NCBI GenBank assembly: GCA_020137815.1
Contig: CM035352.1
Coordinates: 6,262,001 to 6,326,000, forward strand
DNA from: Hormiphora californensis
Taxonomy: Eukaryota > Animalia > Ctenophora
Length of the DNA: 64,000 bases
Direction of reading: 5' to 3'
Positions 12,888-36,782 of the stretch are shown here, one piece after another (within the stretch, counting starts at the first letter, position 1; every line of letters begins with the position of its first letter). The position numbers were made by a program, and so were the translations under genes. The notes under the pieces were generated by a model. The model was given only the letters and a program-made list of their open reading frames with translations. It did no database searches and had not been told where the DNA came from.

Positions 12888-13747
12888 CTACCCGAGAGTC
12901 CCGAGAGTAAATAACAAGACCCCAAGGCAAGGTAGAACACTTTTAGTCCCACTATACTGTGGCTCATTACAGTAGTGCGTGTTACAGGTGCTTGTGGCAC
13001 AGTACCGCATGGTGTACCCCTGTTGTGTCACATTCGTCTCCATTTCCTTGCAATCCGTTGAGGGGTCCCAGCAGTCCCTGTTGTAGAGGGGCAGGGGACA
13101 GGGGTGTTAGAGAGGAATGTAGAGTAAAGGGGCAGGGGAAGTTAGTTTTTAGATTGAAGTGGTCATTGTAGAGTAGGGGCGTTAGTTTTTAGGGGGGAAT
13201 TGTTTGGGATGCCACTGATTTTATGGCGAGGGAAACAAGAAAGACATCATCAGTGAGTGATGTAATCAGCGTGTGTACTGGTCCCTGATTGGCTGATAAC
13301 CAGTCACGTGATCTAAATAACGAGTTCTGATTGGTTGTTTACTTGATACTGTAATGTACCTTACAAAGTAGGTCTTCTTAGTAGTGTTTCTGGTTTCGTA
13401 GATAAATAGCATGTATCCACACATAGCACCCACTGGACAGCTCACCTTCTTACTACTGGGGAGGGGGGAGAGGGTCATTAGTAAACTAAGCAGGCGAGTA
13501 AAGTAGCTATGTAATACCTAGGATACTGCAATTGCGAGGGGCATTGATATCAAAATTACTAGGGCCGGCAATTGAGATCACACAACATATATTACCTGTT
13601 CCAGCAGTCTAAGTGGTCGAGTTGTCTGGTGTCATAATCAACTACCCTCTCACAGCTGTGACATCTGATCTCTTCATCCTTCGGTACAGTTGTAGAGGCG
13701 ACAATTGTTATAGTAGTCAGGACAGGAAGAAGCAATACCAAAAACAT
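12888..13747 (-). CDS. GPI-anchored Ly6/uPAR (three-finger, quiver-like) protein, 145 aa; exons 13747-13596, 13455-13360, 13077-12888
   Basis: Hand-spliced in frame: signal peptide MFLVLLLPVLTTITIVA, then a 10-Cys domain starting CHSC and ending C-x4-CN, then a hydrophobic tail (VLPCLGVLLFTLGTLG*). Confidence 0.85.
13276..13345 (+). mobile_element. Internal fragment of the 109-bp MITE (TIRs lost)
   Basis: Matches the MITE core CTGATTGGCTGATAACCAGTCACGTGA...CTGATTGGTTG. Confidence 0.8.
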
Positions 13748-14360
13748 TGAGGTCTAGAGAGGGAGTGTAAATTAATTATAAAGCTGGAGAAATATATTTT
13801 AACTTCTAGTATACATATATTGTGGATTACACAATCCCTGATAGATATACAGCAAGAGATACGATCTGTTTATCAACGTCAAGCAGGGAAGACAAGTAAT
13901 ACAAGAGATTTATATTTTGCAGTAGATATACCCCCTACTGAGCCATCTTTCAAATATAGAAACACAACCCCCTGGCTAAGTAATGAAGTTAGAGTAAAAT
14001 GAGAGAGGCTAGACTTAATAATTTGCATATTATCTGTCGAACTATTGGATAGCCAATCAGAATCGTTCTGATTTTCTAACCGATATGTCAAATAAAATGA
14101 AAGTTTACAAATGAAAATGACCCGTTATATATTACTCCTTCCCCAACCACCACCCTGACTGACTCCACAGTTCACAATCCCAATACAAGGAATAAACAGC
14201 TGATCTTACCCGATAACCCTTTAACTCGCTTCCAGTTCCATCTCTAAATAGCCCCCAGCTGTCAGCCCTCTCAACTCACTCTTAACCCCCTCCCCTCCCC
14301 CTTTAATTGCCTGGTAACTCCCTCTCAACTCCCCCACAACTCCCTACCATCTCTCTAGCT

Positions 14361-20198
<5,838 letters not shown>

Positions 20199-20870
20199 AT
20201 CAGCTCCCCTGAATCTCTCAGAATGACCCATCCTGTCTGAAGATAGTGGTCGAGGTGCCTGGGTTGTTAGCAACACGGTGTTCCAGATCGACCACCAAAT
20301 CGGCTCTCTGATCAATGATCATGGCAGTGGCAGTAGTTTCTTATAGTGACCGCCACAGGCTAGCACAATTTTCTATTTCTATAAACATTTTCAGTACAAT
20401 TTGGGTTTGAAAATAGACATATCAAAAGCAAACGGGATTGATTGTATACTCAATCTTGAAATGCAAATGTGTACAGATTTTTTGATATTAGTTCGACAAG
20501 AAATTAATTTTATTTTTAGATGTTGTAAAATTCGACTGATGTTTGCTGCAATGCCAATACTTATCATGCCCTTAACTAGAAAACAACCCCCCCTCCCCAA
20601 CATAACTGTCTCAGAGTTAAGCACATACTAAACCACTCCCTACCAATGCAATCTTTCTCGCGCAACACAAAAACGGGGGCAAGTAGATTACGTATGTCTC
20701 GACAAGTAAATTGAACATTTCTCGGTGCGTCAGGCATGGTGCATCAGGCATGGCACTCTTACCAAAACGTCATCCAATTTTCCCGATCCCGATTTAATTG
20801 GCTCTATCTCTGCCCTAATAAAATAAACTCTTATAACTCAAACCCTCATGATCTCATATTCCCTAGCACT

Positions 20871-21826
20871 ATGATAGAGTTCCTAATGGTATGCAACAAG
20901 GCAGGGGCAGTGCGAGTATCCCGGAGTTACACAACTAAACCACTCCCTGAGCCCCGGGGTGTCCTACACTCGTGTCTCAAGAGGAACAGTCCGCAACAGG
21001 TAAATGGGTCTGTCTGGCCCTCGAGATCGGGTCTGGAGCACGCTAAACAGTTATGGAATATGGATATATTGTAATACATATTTCAATGTTAAATACTATA
21101 GGTGCATTTTATAGACTATAATTTTCATTTTACTGGCTGGCCAAAATCTGTCATTATGTGTCAGGGTAATGGAAAATAGTTCAACATGTCATATGGATGT
21201 CTATTTTGAAAATTTTAGTGCACATATAGTTCTTATCTTATCTTATCTTATCTTATCTTATCTTATCTTATCTTATCTTATCTTATCTTATCGGGATCTT
21301 ATCTTATCGGGATCTTATCTTATCGGGATCTTATCTTATCTTATCAGTTATCTCTATTTTCCAGTGCTGCCACTTTGTTCTAAAAGACCACAAGGTCCGG
21401 ATTGTGTTCCGACAGTATGCCTCCCTATTCTTTATCCTGGGTATCAGTGAGGGAGATAACATTATGGCCTACTTTGCATTTATACACAATCTTGTGGAGA
21501 CCCTTAACTCCTACTTCAGGTATTTGACTGCTACCCTACACCCCCCCCCCCCCGGCCCCATGACGTGTCCTGTACCCTACACCCCCCCCCCCGGCCCCAT
21601 GACGTGTCCGGTACCTTACACCCCCCCCCCCCCCCGGCACCATGACGTGTCCTATACCCTATACCCCCGTTTCAGTAATGTGTGTGAGTTGGATCTAATG
21701 CACAACGTGGACAGGGCCCACATGATTCTCGACGAAATTGTTGTAAATGGATATATCACGGAGTCTAACCGGTCACGAGTCCTCGCCCCTATCGCCATAC
21801 TCGATAAATCTATTGACAAAGTTTGA
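20871..21826 (+). CDS. AP4S1: AP-4 complex sigma subunit; exons 20871-20999, 21365-21519, 21676-21826
   Basis: MIEFLMVCNKAGAVRVSRSY...SCLKR...VFRQYASLFFI...FIHNLVETL..YFSNVCELDLM.N.DRAHMILDEIVVNGYITESNRSRVLAP is closest to sigma-4. Confidence 0.85.
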
Positions 21827-21946
21827 GACAGTGATTGTGAGACAACAAATTAGGACACTCAGCCCGCTGGACAATGTTTTATTCCGCTCCGTTGGTTTCT
21901 TATTCGGCTGGTTCCGTAAATACGAGCTGTGATTGTGAGACATGTG

Positions 21947-21995
<49 letters not shown>

Positions 21996-22198
21996 GTGAG
22001 TGAGAGAAAGTGGTGATACAGAAAGCATGCATGAATATCAAGTTATGTGTTTTTGTGAATTCACTACAATAGTTCGGAGTGGAGCTCTCAGCTTTCCACT
22101 CGCCACTGAAAAGTTTTTGTTTCTGCCTAGTCCCACCAACGACACACCACGCTTTGACAGTTATCCTTCCTCGACAAGCTTGATGCGTGAGAGGCTGA

Positions 22199-22230
<32 letters not shown>

Positions 22231-22442
22231 AAAAGATATAGATAGGAGAGATGGATAGGCCATAAGCAGGTCCCTTCAATTGCCGAGAGATAGATTGATA
22301 AAGAGAGGATGGAACGGGACAATAGGGAGAGAAATAAGCCATAGACACCCCTGGATTTTAAAAAACATACACACTGTGAATCGGCTTATTGAAAGAAACA
22401 GTTAATATTTCTATCAAGGAGACAGAGAGAGAAAGAAAGAGG

Positions 22443-22474
<32 letters not shown>

Positions 22475-22929
22475 AAGAGAGAGAAAGAGAGAGAAAGCTT
22501 TGCGTCTCTGACGCCCATCTCTCTGCCGCTCTCTAAAATTTGACAGTCTCTTCTCGTGCATCCCTCGTTTATAAACACGCTCTGCATTTCGTTTTGCTGA
22601 AACACATTGCTCCATAATTTACACGAGTCTAAATTTCACCCCCATATATAATACAGTCATCCCGGTAAATCGGAGTCCGACTATTATACACCCCTGTGTG
22701 TGAGAACAGCTGTAGTGAGGTGATAAAGTGAGGAGATGGTCCAGGTTATTATCAGATCAGAACCCAAGCAACCTCGAGAGAGGTCCCCTCCCTACCGGCT
22801 CCCTGATTACGAGTACAAGCTCCACCCAGATATCAAGTTCTACTCGCAGAGGTAAGTGTGTGGTGCTGACAAGCGCCTCGGGAGGGGTGATCTTAGCTAG
22901 GGTTCTCTCTCACGTATACAACATCTAGA

Positions 22930-23631
22930 CAGTGGTGGCCCCAGCCTGGGGTGGTGGGGGGGTGGCCACCCCCCCAAACATTTTCAGATAGGGGTTGTCG
23001 GGGGTGGTAAAATGGTTGAAAAATGTGTTCTAAATAGCTTGAAATTCGTCAAAAATCAAAATTTTCCGGGGGCTTCGCCCCCTTACCCACACCAATAGCT
23101 GACAATCGATATTATATCGGTCTAAATTGCTTAAAATTCATAAAAATTACAATTTTCCTGGGGCTTCGCCCCTTTCCATCATAACGAGGGCTAAATATGG
23201 TTGAAGATTTTTCTTAAATGGCTGAAAACTGTCCAAAAATTTGATTGAGATTGCATAAATTCATCAAAAATCTAAAATTTTCCGGGGGCTTTGCCCCCTA
23301 ACACACACCAATGGCTGAAAATCGTTATTCTATTGTTCTAAATTGCTTAAAATTCATCAAACTTAAAATTTTTCGGTCGCTAAAAGTCTTGAATGGCTGA
23401 AAATTGTTCAAAAAGTGGTTCTAGATTGCTCAAAATTCATCAAAAATCTAAAAATTTTCCGGGGGCTCCGCCCCCTAGCCCCCGCCAAGGGCTCTGCCCC
23501 TGGACCCCGTTGGGGGGCTGCGCCCCCCAAACCCCCTGCCGCAGCTCCCTCGGCGCCGCTTCGCGGCACCTCGGTCACTTGGTTTCGGGATTGACCACCC
23601 CCCCAAAATATCCGTGCTGGGGCCACCCCTG
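22930..23631. mobile_element. Non-autonomous hAT element
   Basis: TIR CAGTGGTGGCCCCAGC / GCTGGGGCCACCCCTG; 8-bp TSD CATCTAGA; internal GGGGCTTCGCCCC repeats. Confidence 0.88.
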
Positions 23632-26121
23632 CATCTAGAAAAACATGACTGAGCAAGGGGGTGAGGTAAACAAATTAATTGGGGCAAGATCCCTTGTGAT
23701 ACTAAATAGAGAATCTAAACAAGTCAAGACATGCCAAAGATGTAAAGCAATACCAGTTGTATTGATTGAACAGGAAGAAGCACATCAGGACACTAGGAGT
23801 ATTGTTCTTATAATGAGCTGCCGCATGCTCTGGCTCATTTATGAAATGAATGGTGAGCGACAGCAAATCTTATGCTCCTTTCTCGCTAAGGTTTTGCGAA
23901 AGTACATTTCATTCATCAAGAAATATGAAAAAGATAGAAAAGACATTTATCAAACTGTCGTGACTGCAGGCGTATATGTAGGTTGGTCCACATTTTTAAT
24001 GACTGGGCTTAAAATTTAGGCTAGTTCATCAGCAAATTGGTTAGGCTCACACACAAAAACTAGTTTCTACTGTTCTATCTATCTTGTATATTCGAGCTCC
24101 TTTTAATTTCAGGTTTGATAGGTTAGACACGGTGTATAGCAACCCTGCACCAGCTACTGAAACGAGGGATTTTAAAACAGAGTTCGCCCGATCTAGGACC
24201 TGCAGCTTTGATGGAGGGAGGATCAGACACATAGATCTCAGGTTAGTGGAGAGGAGGAAGTTTTTCCTGCAAAGAATCAACTTTTTTTAAACTGCTCCTC
24301 CCCTCAACCTGAAAAAAAGATCCCTAGTCTCCTATAATTAATCAACAAAGGTCGCCGGTATTTCATCCTACTCTTTCCATAATTAATGTCTCTGTTAATT
24401 ACTTTGGAAGTCCTAAATTAATCTGCCCCGCCGCTCTCAAGGCGTGGTCCTCTCTTTACACGCATGTACACAGAGTTATTACTTAGCAAGGGAGTCATGC
24501 AAGGATAAACAATCATTAGCAACTCACATGAACTCATAATAGTTGAGAAACAAATGACATTGACATGGAGTCTGGAGTATTTAAAAATCCTCTTAGAAAT
24601 ATGAGAAATGGGAAGGCAGATCATTTTGACAGTTCTTCTTATAAAATATCTAACCATGTTCTTGATTTGATATGTTATCAAAGTTCAAAAACGTAGTACA
24701 AGATTGAGAGAGGGGGGGGGAGAGTTTTTACTGTTAGGCATCACGCTGACAGAGATATGGGGGGGATACGAGTTGATTATATTGGGGTAAGCAGAGATAG
24801 GGGGATACTTGTTGAGAGGGAGGGAGGGAGAAGAGTTTATATTGGGTACTGAGTAGGCTGAGATATTAATATATCAATAATTATATGGGGGTAGGAGCTG
24901 TCAACGTTAGCCCACCCACATACTAAAAACTATAAAGAGACTAAAATTTAAAGATCTAGGGCGACAGGTGCATAGAAATTAAGAAAAGTTCTTATCATCC
25001 TTAGTTCAACTTGTTGAGAGCGAAGTTCAAAGAGCAAAGGATCACATGACTTGAAATTGAGTTTGAAGACTAAATACTTTCTGTCAAAATTTAGATAGCT
25101 TGTCGACTAATTGATTCAGCAGAGTTTTTTTTTCATCACAGTTAAATGTCGCGCTAACTTCCTCAGAATTATGTCATCCCGATATTTCCAGCAACCCGCC
25201 CCCTGCTTCAATTCCAGAACTACTACCCCGAAACTAATAAAATATGCAACTAACATACTCACTCAGGTTGATACAAAACAAATCAATAAAACAAGTGATA
25301 AGTCCGGGTAGTCTAAAGAGTACAAGGATATGCTCGGGGGACTTCCCAGAGGGCTTTCTACCACCGGGGAGAGGTGATCTTTACAGAATTCAAAACGAGA
25401 GAAGGGCCCAGAGAGAGGGACTGAAGTACTCAACGGTATGTGTGTGTAGTGAACTTGTTTGAAAATTAATTAACAAATTAATCTCATATATATGCGAGAT
25501 TAATTCAGTGAAGCAATATAATCAAACCTTGACAATGCAGAATATAACAGAAAATGCAAATTCAGGGGCAGCTCTACAATTGCTCCAAAACTAACCCAAC
25601 TCAATTCAGATACAAAATAAGATATTTGGAGAGGATACGGGGTGTTCCATAAATTATGCCCTACCTCTGAGGATATTTGGGGCTTGTAAACCTATAGTTC
25701 CTAAAACATGGGACAAGGTAATTATCCCAAATTAGGGCACACCTGTTGGTTGTATGGTATACATATTAGGGGGTCAGGTTATTGTATGGCTCACCAGCTG
25801 ATATGGTTGGCGTGTTATTAGCTTCCCAATCACTAATGAAATATCTATGAAGCTTTGCACTACAGTCTACACACAAGATCACAAGATTTCTTTAGAAAAA
25901 TCGCACTGCAAAGTTGGTAAAGAATGCACCCCACCTCCAGATAATGATATGTTGCCTTGACTGACATGTAAAATTCTCACGGCAATTAATTTCACAGGTA
26001 GCTTCTGGGTGGATTACCGAGGGATATGAGAATTAGAGCCCAATCAGCACCTCCAAGCGGCCGACCAAATACCCCCACCAATAACGGTAAGAGATCATGT
26101 TGATTAATTGGGATATATCCC

Positions 26122-26405
26122 CTATCTTAATAGTAAGGGGTGGGAGAATACCAAGGGATATCTTAATAGTAAGGGGTGGGAGAATACCAAGGGATATCTT
26201 AATAGTAAGGGGTGGGAGAACACCAAGGAATATCTTAATAGTAAGGGGTGGGAGAACACCAAGGAATATCTTAATAGTAAGGGGTGGGAGAATACCAAGG
26301 AATATCTTAATAGTAAGGGGTGGGAGAATACCAAGGGATATCTTAATAGTAAGGGGTGGGAGAATACTAAGGAATATCTTTGTAGTAATGGGTGGGAGAA
26401 TATCT
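26122..26405. repeat. 36-bp minisatellite, about 8 copies
   Basis: Tandem TATCTTAATAGTAAGGGGTGGGAGAATACCAAGGRA. Confidence 0.92.
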
Positions 26406-26489
26406 TCCCCCGAACATAATATGGCATTATCATATCCACATAGAATAGTAAATCCCATCGAATCTAGATTCATTATATTAGACTCTAAT

Positions 26490-26598
26490 CTGGAACTGAC
26501 CGAATCAGGAAATACTGGTCCCTGATTGGCTGATAACTAGTCACGTGACCTAAATAATGAGTTCTGATTGGTTGTTTACTTGTTTCGGTCGGTTCCTG
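26490..26598 (+). mobile_element. 109-bp hAT-type MITE, copy 3 (left TIR mutated)
   Basis: Starts CTGGAACTGACC; TSD ACTCTAAT / ACTCTAAC. Confidence 0.85.
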
Positions 26599-28264
26599 AC
26601 TCTAACAATACGGATTTTCATCTTCTAGCGGACTTTGATCGATACTGTTCAATGTATCTTCTAGCGGCCATGTGTGTACCTTACACATGAATAATTCCAC
26701 CATTTTATCAGAAGCCCATTGTTTTTTTTTAACAGCAGAGAAAAGAAAGATGGTGGGCGGGATGACTCAGAGAGAAAGAGAGAAGACGAGGGAGGAGGGG
26801 AGAGAGAGAGAGAGAAGGAGGAGAGAGAGATGAGAGGGAGAGAGAGAGAGAGAGAGAGAGGAGAAGAGAGAGAGAGAGAGGAGGAGGAGAGGAAGAGGGA
26901 GAGAGAGAGAGAGAGGAGAAGGACGGCGAGAGAGAGAGGAGAGAGATATAGTCGGCTAAGGAACCGGAATGATGGTCTTCTCTAATTCTCCTGTGGTCAT
27001 TGCAGCATGCACAGATACAATGTAACCGATGGTCAGTGCAGCACACGCTGCTAACAAGCTATCTATATCTCCTTGCAATATACAGTCACGTACCTGGTAT
27101 ACACCCTCCAGAAATATAATATCTCCAACAGACCATGTTTTTCGTAAACAAAGGAAAGAGGGCCTGAGCCCATAATTTCAACACCAGCTAACCCGACGTC
27201 GGCCGGGGCCGGCCACGTGCCGGCCATTTGTACAAGCACCAAATCACATTTCAATTCAGTAACATACAAAAAGTATCATAAAATTCCTCGATCCTCAGAT
27301 CATCACATCAGATTAAAGTTACACCCTGGTCTACTATACCACTGTAGCGTTCTTTGTAAGTCAAAAACACATGAATATCTACTGATCAAGAGCGATAGTT
27401 TCACATGTGGTCGGGGGTGAGCTCGCGCTAATCGCGAGAGAGAGGGCGGAGAGCGAGAGGGTAGTATAGATCGATATCTATCGTGTGTCTCTCTATCGCT
27501 CTCTATCGCTCTTCTCCTCTCTCTCTTCGCTCTCGCTCTCTCTCTATCTCTCTCTCTCTTTCTCTCTCGCTTTTCTCTTTCTCTTTCTCTTTCTCTCTCC
27601 CTCTTTCCCTCTATCTCTACCTCTAACTTTCTACCTCCTCTTCCTCTCTCTCCCTCCACCTCCCTCTCCACCTCCCTATCACGACACAAAATCTTTATGT
27701 GTCCTACAGAAGAGTTTGTTCATGACACTGTTAAGACCTATGCAGACTAGAGTGAGTATTTCGGATTTATGCCATGGGTTATTGGGAATTGTGCAATATA
27801 ACGGCTAATGGTGATGTCCCCTTTTAGCTTGTGGTACTTTATGTTGTGTGAGTTAGTGGGGAAGACTGACAACCTGAAAATGAAGTTAAAATTAGGGAGC
27901 GAGAAGAATATCATCACTGCGCTGGCAAGCTGCATCAGCACCCCGGGTTTTTGATACTGAACAACGGCCGTGAGGAGGGCTTCTCTTGAGTCACCTGAAA
28001 CTGCGCTATTTCATGAACAATTAACAGGACGTCTCACCTGTTGGTACAAACTCAAAACACTTGTAAACTGTTTCAAGCTCGTATTTCGTGTTGTTACAGA
28101 TAAAATGCTCCCCTCTATGCAGGTTCCAGGTGTCCCTTAACCGTACCGTATAGAACCTTCTGTCACTGGTACCTGTGCAGATCATATTGTCAGCATTTAG
28201 AGCAAATGAAGCTGTACAAATGAATAGAAAACAGAAAGTATGGCAGTAGTTGATCAACCACGAT

Positions 28265-29368
28265 CTACCTGAAAATGAAGCAGATAGAAGGTGCCCTACC
28301 TGAAAATGAAGCAGATAGAAGGTGCCCTACCTGAAAATGAAGCAGATAGAAGGGTGCCCTCCTACCTGAAAAATGAAGCAGATTAGGAGGTGCCCTACCT
28401 GATAAATGAAGCAGATAGAAGGTGGCACGTACCTGAAAATGAAAGCAGATAGAAAGGTGCCCGTAGTCCTGAAAAATGAAGCAGATAGAAGGTGCCCTAC
28501 CTGAAAATGAAGCAGATAGAAGGTGCCCTACCTGAAAATGAAAGCAGAAAGAAGGTGCCCTAGCCTGAAAATGAAGGCAGATAGAAGGTGCCTACCTGAA
28601 AATGAAGCAGATAGAAAGGGCCCTACTGAAAGGAAGCAATAGAATGTGCCCTACCTGAAAATGGCAGATAGAAGGTGCCCTACCTGAAAATGAAGCAGAT
28701 AGAAGGTGCCCTACCTGAAAATGAAGCAGATAGAAGGTGCCCTACCTGAAAATGAAGCAGATAGAAGGTGCCCTACCTGAAAATGAAGCAGATAGAAGGT
28801 GCCCTACCTGAAAATGAAGCAGATAGAAGGTTCCCTACCTGAAAATGAAGCAGATAGAAGGTGCCCTACCTGAAAATGAAGCAGATAGAAGGTGCCCTAC
28901 CTGAAAATGAAGCAGATAGAAGGTGCCCCTACCTGAAAATGAAGCAGATAGAAGGTGCCCCTACCTGAAAATGAAGCAGAAAGAAGGTGCCCTACCTGAA
29001 AATGAAGCAGATAGAAGGTGCCCTACCTGAAAATGAAGCAGATAGAAGGTGCCCGACCTGAAAATGAAGCAATATAGAAGGTGCCCTACCTGAAAATGAA
29101 GCAGATAGAAGGTGCCCTACCTGAAAATGAAGCGAGATAGAAGGTTGCCCTACCTGAAAATGAAGCAGAAAGAAGGTTTCCCTACCTGAAAATGAAGCAG
29201 ATAGAAGGTGCCCCTACCTGAAAATGAAGCAGATAGAAGGTGCCCTACCTGAAAATGAAGCAGATAGAAGGTGCCCTACCTGAAAATGAAGCAGATAGAA
29301 GGTGCCCTACCTGAAAATGAAGCAGATAGAAGGTGCCCTACCTGAAAATGAAGCAGATAGAAGGTGCC
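28265..29368. repeat. 31-bp minisatellite, about 35 copies, derived from an exon end plus splice donor
   Basis: Unit CCTACCTGAAAATGAAGCAGATAGAAGGTGC; the minus strand reads ...TTCATTTTCAG|GTAG. Many small indels suggest a noisy consensus. Confidence 0.93.
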
Positions 29369-30482
29369 CAGCATTAATCTCCCGACCCTTGACTGGCTCC
29401 AAACACCAATAAGTCCTCTCGTTAGCAATGCTAATCACCTCCGTCCCGTTAGCAGGTCCCGGTCTAGGAATCATAAGAATCTCCAGATTCAGGGTCCTTC
29501 TGTCTATATTCCCACATTTGATGGGTGTGACCTGGTCACTAAAGGGGATTAGGGCTACACACGGATCTATCTGGATCATACAAATATTTGTCCGGGTTAT
29601 CTACCTCCGTAACACACGTTCTGAAAGGAGCATTTGATCATGATTCAGAAAGAAAATTGTCAAGATTGTAGAATCTAGAAGCGGCAAATTCGTAGAGAAA
29701 AGGTTACCCGAAAAGAAATTATTGAGAAAAAGGACTTAGGACGTAACGCCTGGAGGTTGAAAGACTCACTGATTATATATAGCAGTACTATCGGAGGAGG
29801 AGTAACAAAAAACGGTGGCAGTTTCATTTGGTTGTAGGGCCACAATATACTGCTGTCCTGGCGAGGTTGTAGCTGAGTTCGTCTGTCCGGTGGTGACCTT
29901 GTTATGAAGGAGCATCAGGAGGTAGAATTGTAGCATAGTGATAGGGAATCACACCATGATGATCGCAATAGATATGTAGAACTATTTGGAGAGTGTGTTT
30001 GGTATAAACGGGTGTTCACACATACAGACACTAGTCAAGGAATGGGGAGGGGGAGAGAGACGAAGAGAGATGTAGGTTCGAGAGAGAGGAGAGAGGAGAG
30101 AGGAGAGCGAAGAGAGAGAGGGAGAGTTTCTTGGGGAGAGGATGAGAGAGAGAGAGAGAGAGGAGAGAGGAGAGAAGAGAGGATGAGGGGAGAGAGGAGT
30201 GTAGAGAGAGAGAGAGATTTGATTTTTTTTTGAGAGGATGAGGATTTTTTTTGTTTGTAGAGAGAGAGGAGATGAGAGATGAGATTATGACACGAGAGAG
30301 AGAGAGAGTACGAGTAGACCCCATGCTCGCTCGTCGTGATGTAGGTATCGATTTCTGATTTTTTATTCTTGCCTCGAGACTTGAGCCTTTTCTGTTTGTG
30401 TTTTTTGATCTTTTGTGTTTGTGGATTTGAGAGATTGTTTATTTGTGTTATTTTTTTGGGATCCTTTGCTTCTTTTTTTTCT

Positions 30483-30514
<32 letters not shown>

Positions 30515-30779
30515 TCCAAGTTGGTGGAAGATGATCACTGGATGGTTCGAAATAACCAATTATCTCGGCTCACATTATCACGTGATTGCACGTTGTAAAT
30601 ACGCACACATTTGATACGACAAATCAGACTACAACTCAGCCATGAGACATGGCAGATCTCATTTCTCTCTATAGAGAGATAGAAGAGATCTCACTTCTAT
30701 CTCGCTATATCTCTTCTCTCTCTTTTTCTCTCTCTCTTCTCTTTTTCTCTCTCTGTCCCTCTACATATTAACTTCGATA

Positions 30780-34800
<4,021 letters not shown>

Positions 34801-35333
34801 GAGATAGATAGAGATAGAGGGAGAGAGAGATAGAGAGGGGATAGAAAGACAGAGAGAGTGATAAAGATTTAAGCTGTAAGGACTGTATAGTGGTAAAAAT
34901 AGGAAAAGCTGAGAACTACAATGATAGGTCGATAAAAAGTGCCCCGAGAAAAATAGATAGAGAGGCGGAAAGAAAGATAGAAAAGTGGAAAGGTGGCAAT
35001 TTGGTCCACGTGCCATCCTCCAATAATATATCACGACCCATTGCAACCTGTATAATTATAATCGGAGATATAACCGTTTCCTATTTTTCCCTTTTTTACA
35101 CCGTTATATTTCCCTGAAACCCTTCTTCCCGGACCATTTCTAATTCCGACAAGACTCTCCATTTTACCCCTGATTCCAAATAAAAATAAGTCAGGGTAGT
35201 GGGAGAGAGGTTGGTTACGAAATAACCCCCGTCGCGCGCTGGCAAGGGAGGGGTAACTTTGTAAAGAAGGTGGGCCCCTGGTGGGGGATCAATAAACCCA
35301 GCTGATTTCTAATCACATCATCCGATCATTCAG

Positions 35334-36630
35334 ATGATAGGTGGGTGAGCAGTGACGGTAGTTCAACGTGTAGTTCAGACGGTGAATACTCTGATGTTCT
35401 CTCTCCAAACTACGAGTGCACCTGTCATATCAGGTAAATTTGACCAAATTATTCCTTATTAGGTAATTGTAGGGGGGGGGGGACATGTTAATTGTTAATA
35501 AATCACCTCTTTTTTCCGATTTTGTTAATTAACGTTAATTAACAAAATTAACAAAATTAACAAATGCTAAAATATTGGTGTTATCGGTTGATAATACGAC
35601 TTTATCTGATTTAATTTTGTAGTTTAATAACTTATCTAACGTTTGTATACCCGTGCAAGGCCTTCTCCGATAACCAAAGTCCAACATACAAGTTTTTTGG
35701 CTCCAAATCGATCAAAATTTAAAGAGTACGAATATTTCAATTTAGCGTGTAAAATGTCACTTGAATGTAATTTTTTCATTGATAATCCATTCTTCAGACG
35801 AAAGAAAGTGATGTACAACGTTTCTGTTTGAAAAATACGAAAAAATTCCCAAAATTGCTTTTTTTGGTCAAAAATTGAAAATTTGCTTCGCTACAAATCC
35901 TTGTGTTTTTTTAGAAAAAAATATTTTTGGGATATTTTTCGATTGAAGGTAAATTTATGAGTCTTATTAAGTTTTTAAGGTTGGAAAATGTGGATTAGTT
36001 TCATTTGACCTCAATTGCGGTTCAGGTTGACTAGTTTTTGTTCGAATTTACAAAATGGAACAAATCGTTGTGGGAAGGCTGTAGTAGACGGCTTGGGGGT
36101 ATGCAAATCATGCAGAAGGAACATCTTTGTTCGCAGAACAACATGCAGCATGTGTAATACCAAAAAACACGTGCTAAAGAGACTTTAGATGGTATAAATG
36201 GCATTTGTTAATGTTTGTTAACTTTTGTTAATTATGTTAATAAATCACCTGTTTTTTCGATGTTAATATTAACAAAGTTAACAAAATTAACATGTCCCCC
36301 CTCCCCTAATTGTATGAATCATATTGGGTCAATTTTTTTTATCTAGCCCAAGTTTTTTCTGACTTCAAGTTCATGCACGAACCCCGAGTGCAAGTGCTTT
36401 GTTTTATGTTTTATTTGTATGTCCGCGGTCTGCCCCCCTCCTTCTATATTTTTCATCAAACAATAAAACACACTTTGCTTGTTGGAAATTAAATCTGTGG
36501 TCAGTGAGACGTGACATGTGCACTCATGTGCCCCCTGGGACGCATCAACAATATCTGCCCTTTATCAATGAACAAGTGTGGGGAGATAGAGTAGAGAGAA
36601 TAAGAGCGAGCGAGAGATGAGCGAGAGAGC

Positions 36631-36665
<35 letters not shown>

Positions 36666-36724
36666 TACGATATAGTCTAGATCTCTCTATTCTCTCTCTC
36701 TCTATATCTTCTCTGTATCGTCTA

Positions 36725-36782
<58 letters not shown>

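Larger units (their letters stand above)
23700..29936 (-). pseudogene. Disrupted or mis-sequenced multi-exon secreted/surface protein, possibly Ig-like
   Basis: Signal-peptide exon 29936-29770 (MLQFYLLMLL...TVFCYS); exon 29620-29342 (...TLNLEIL...RTYWCLEP) needing one frameshift at GGGG 29544-29547; exon 28212-28039; further exon-like pieces downstream. 3' limit uncertain. Confidence 0.45.
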
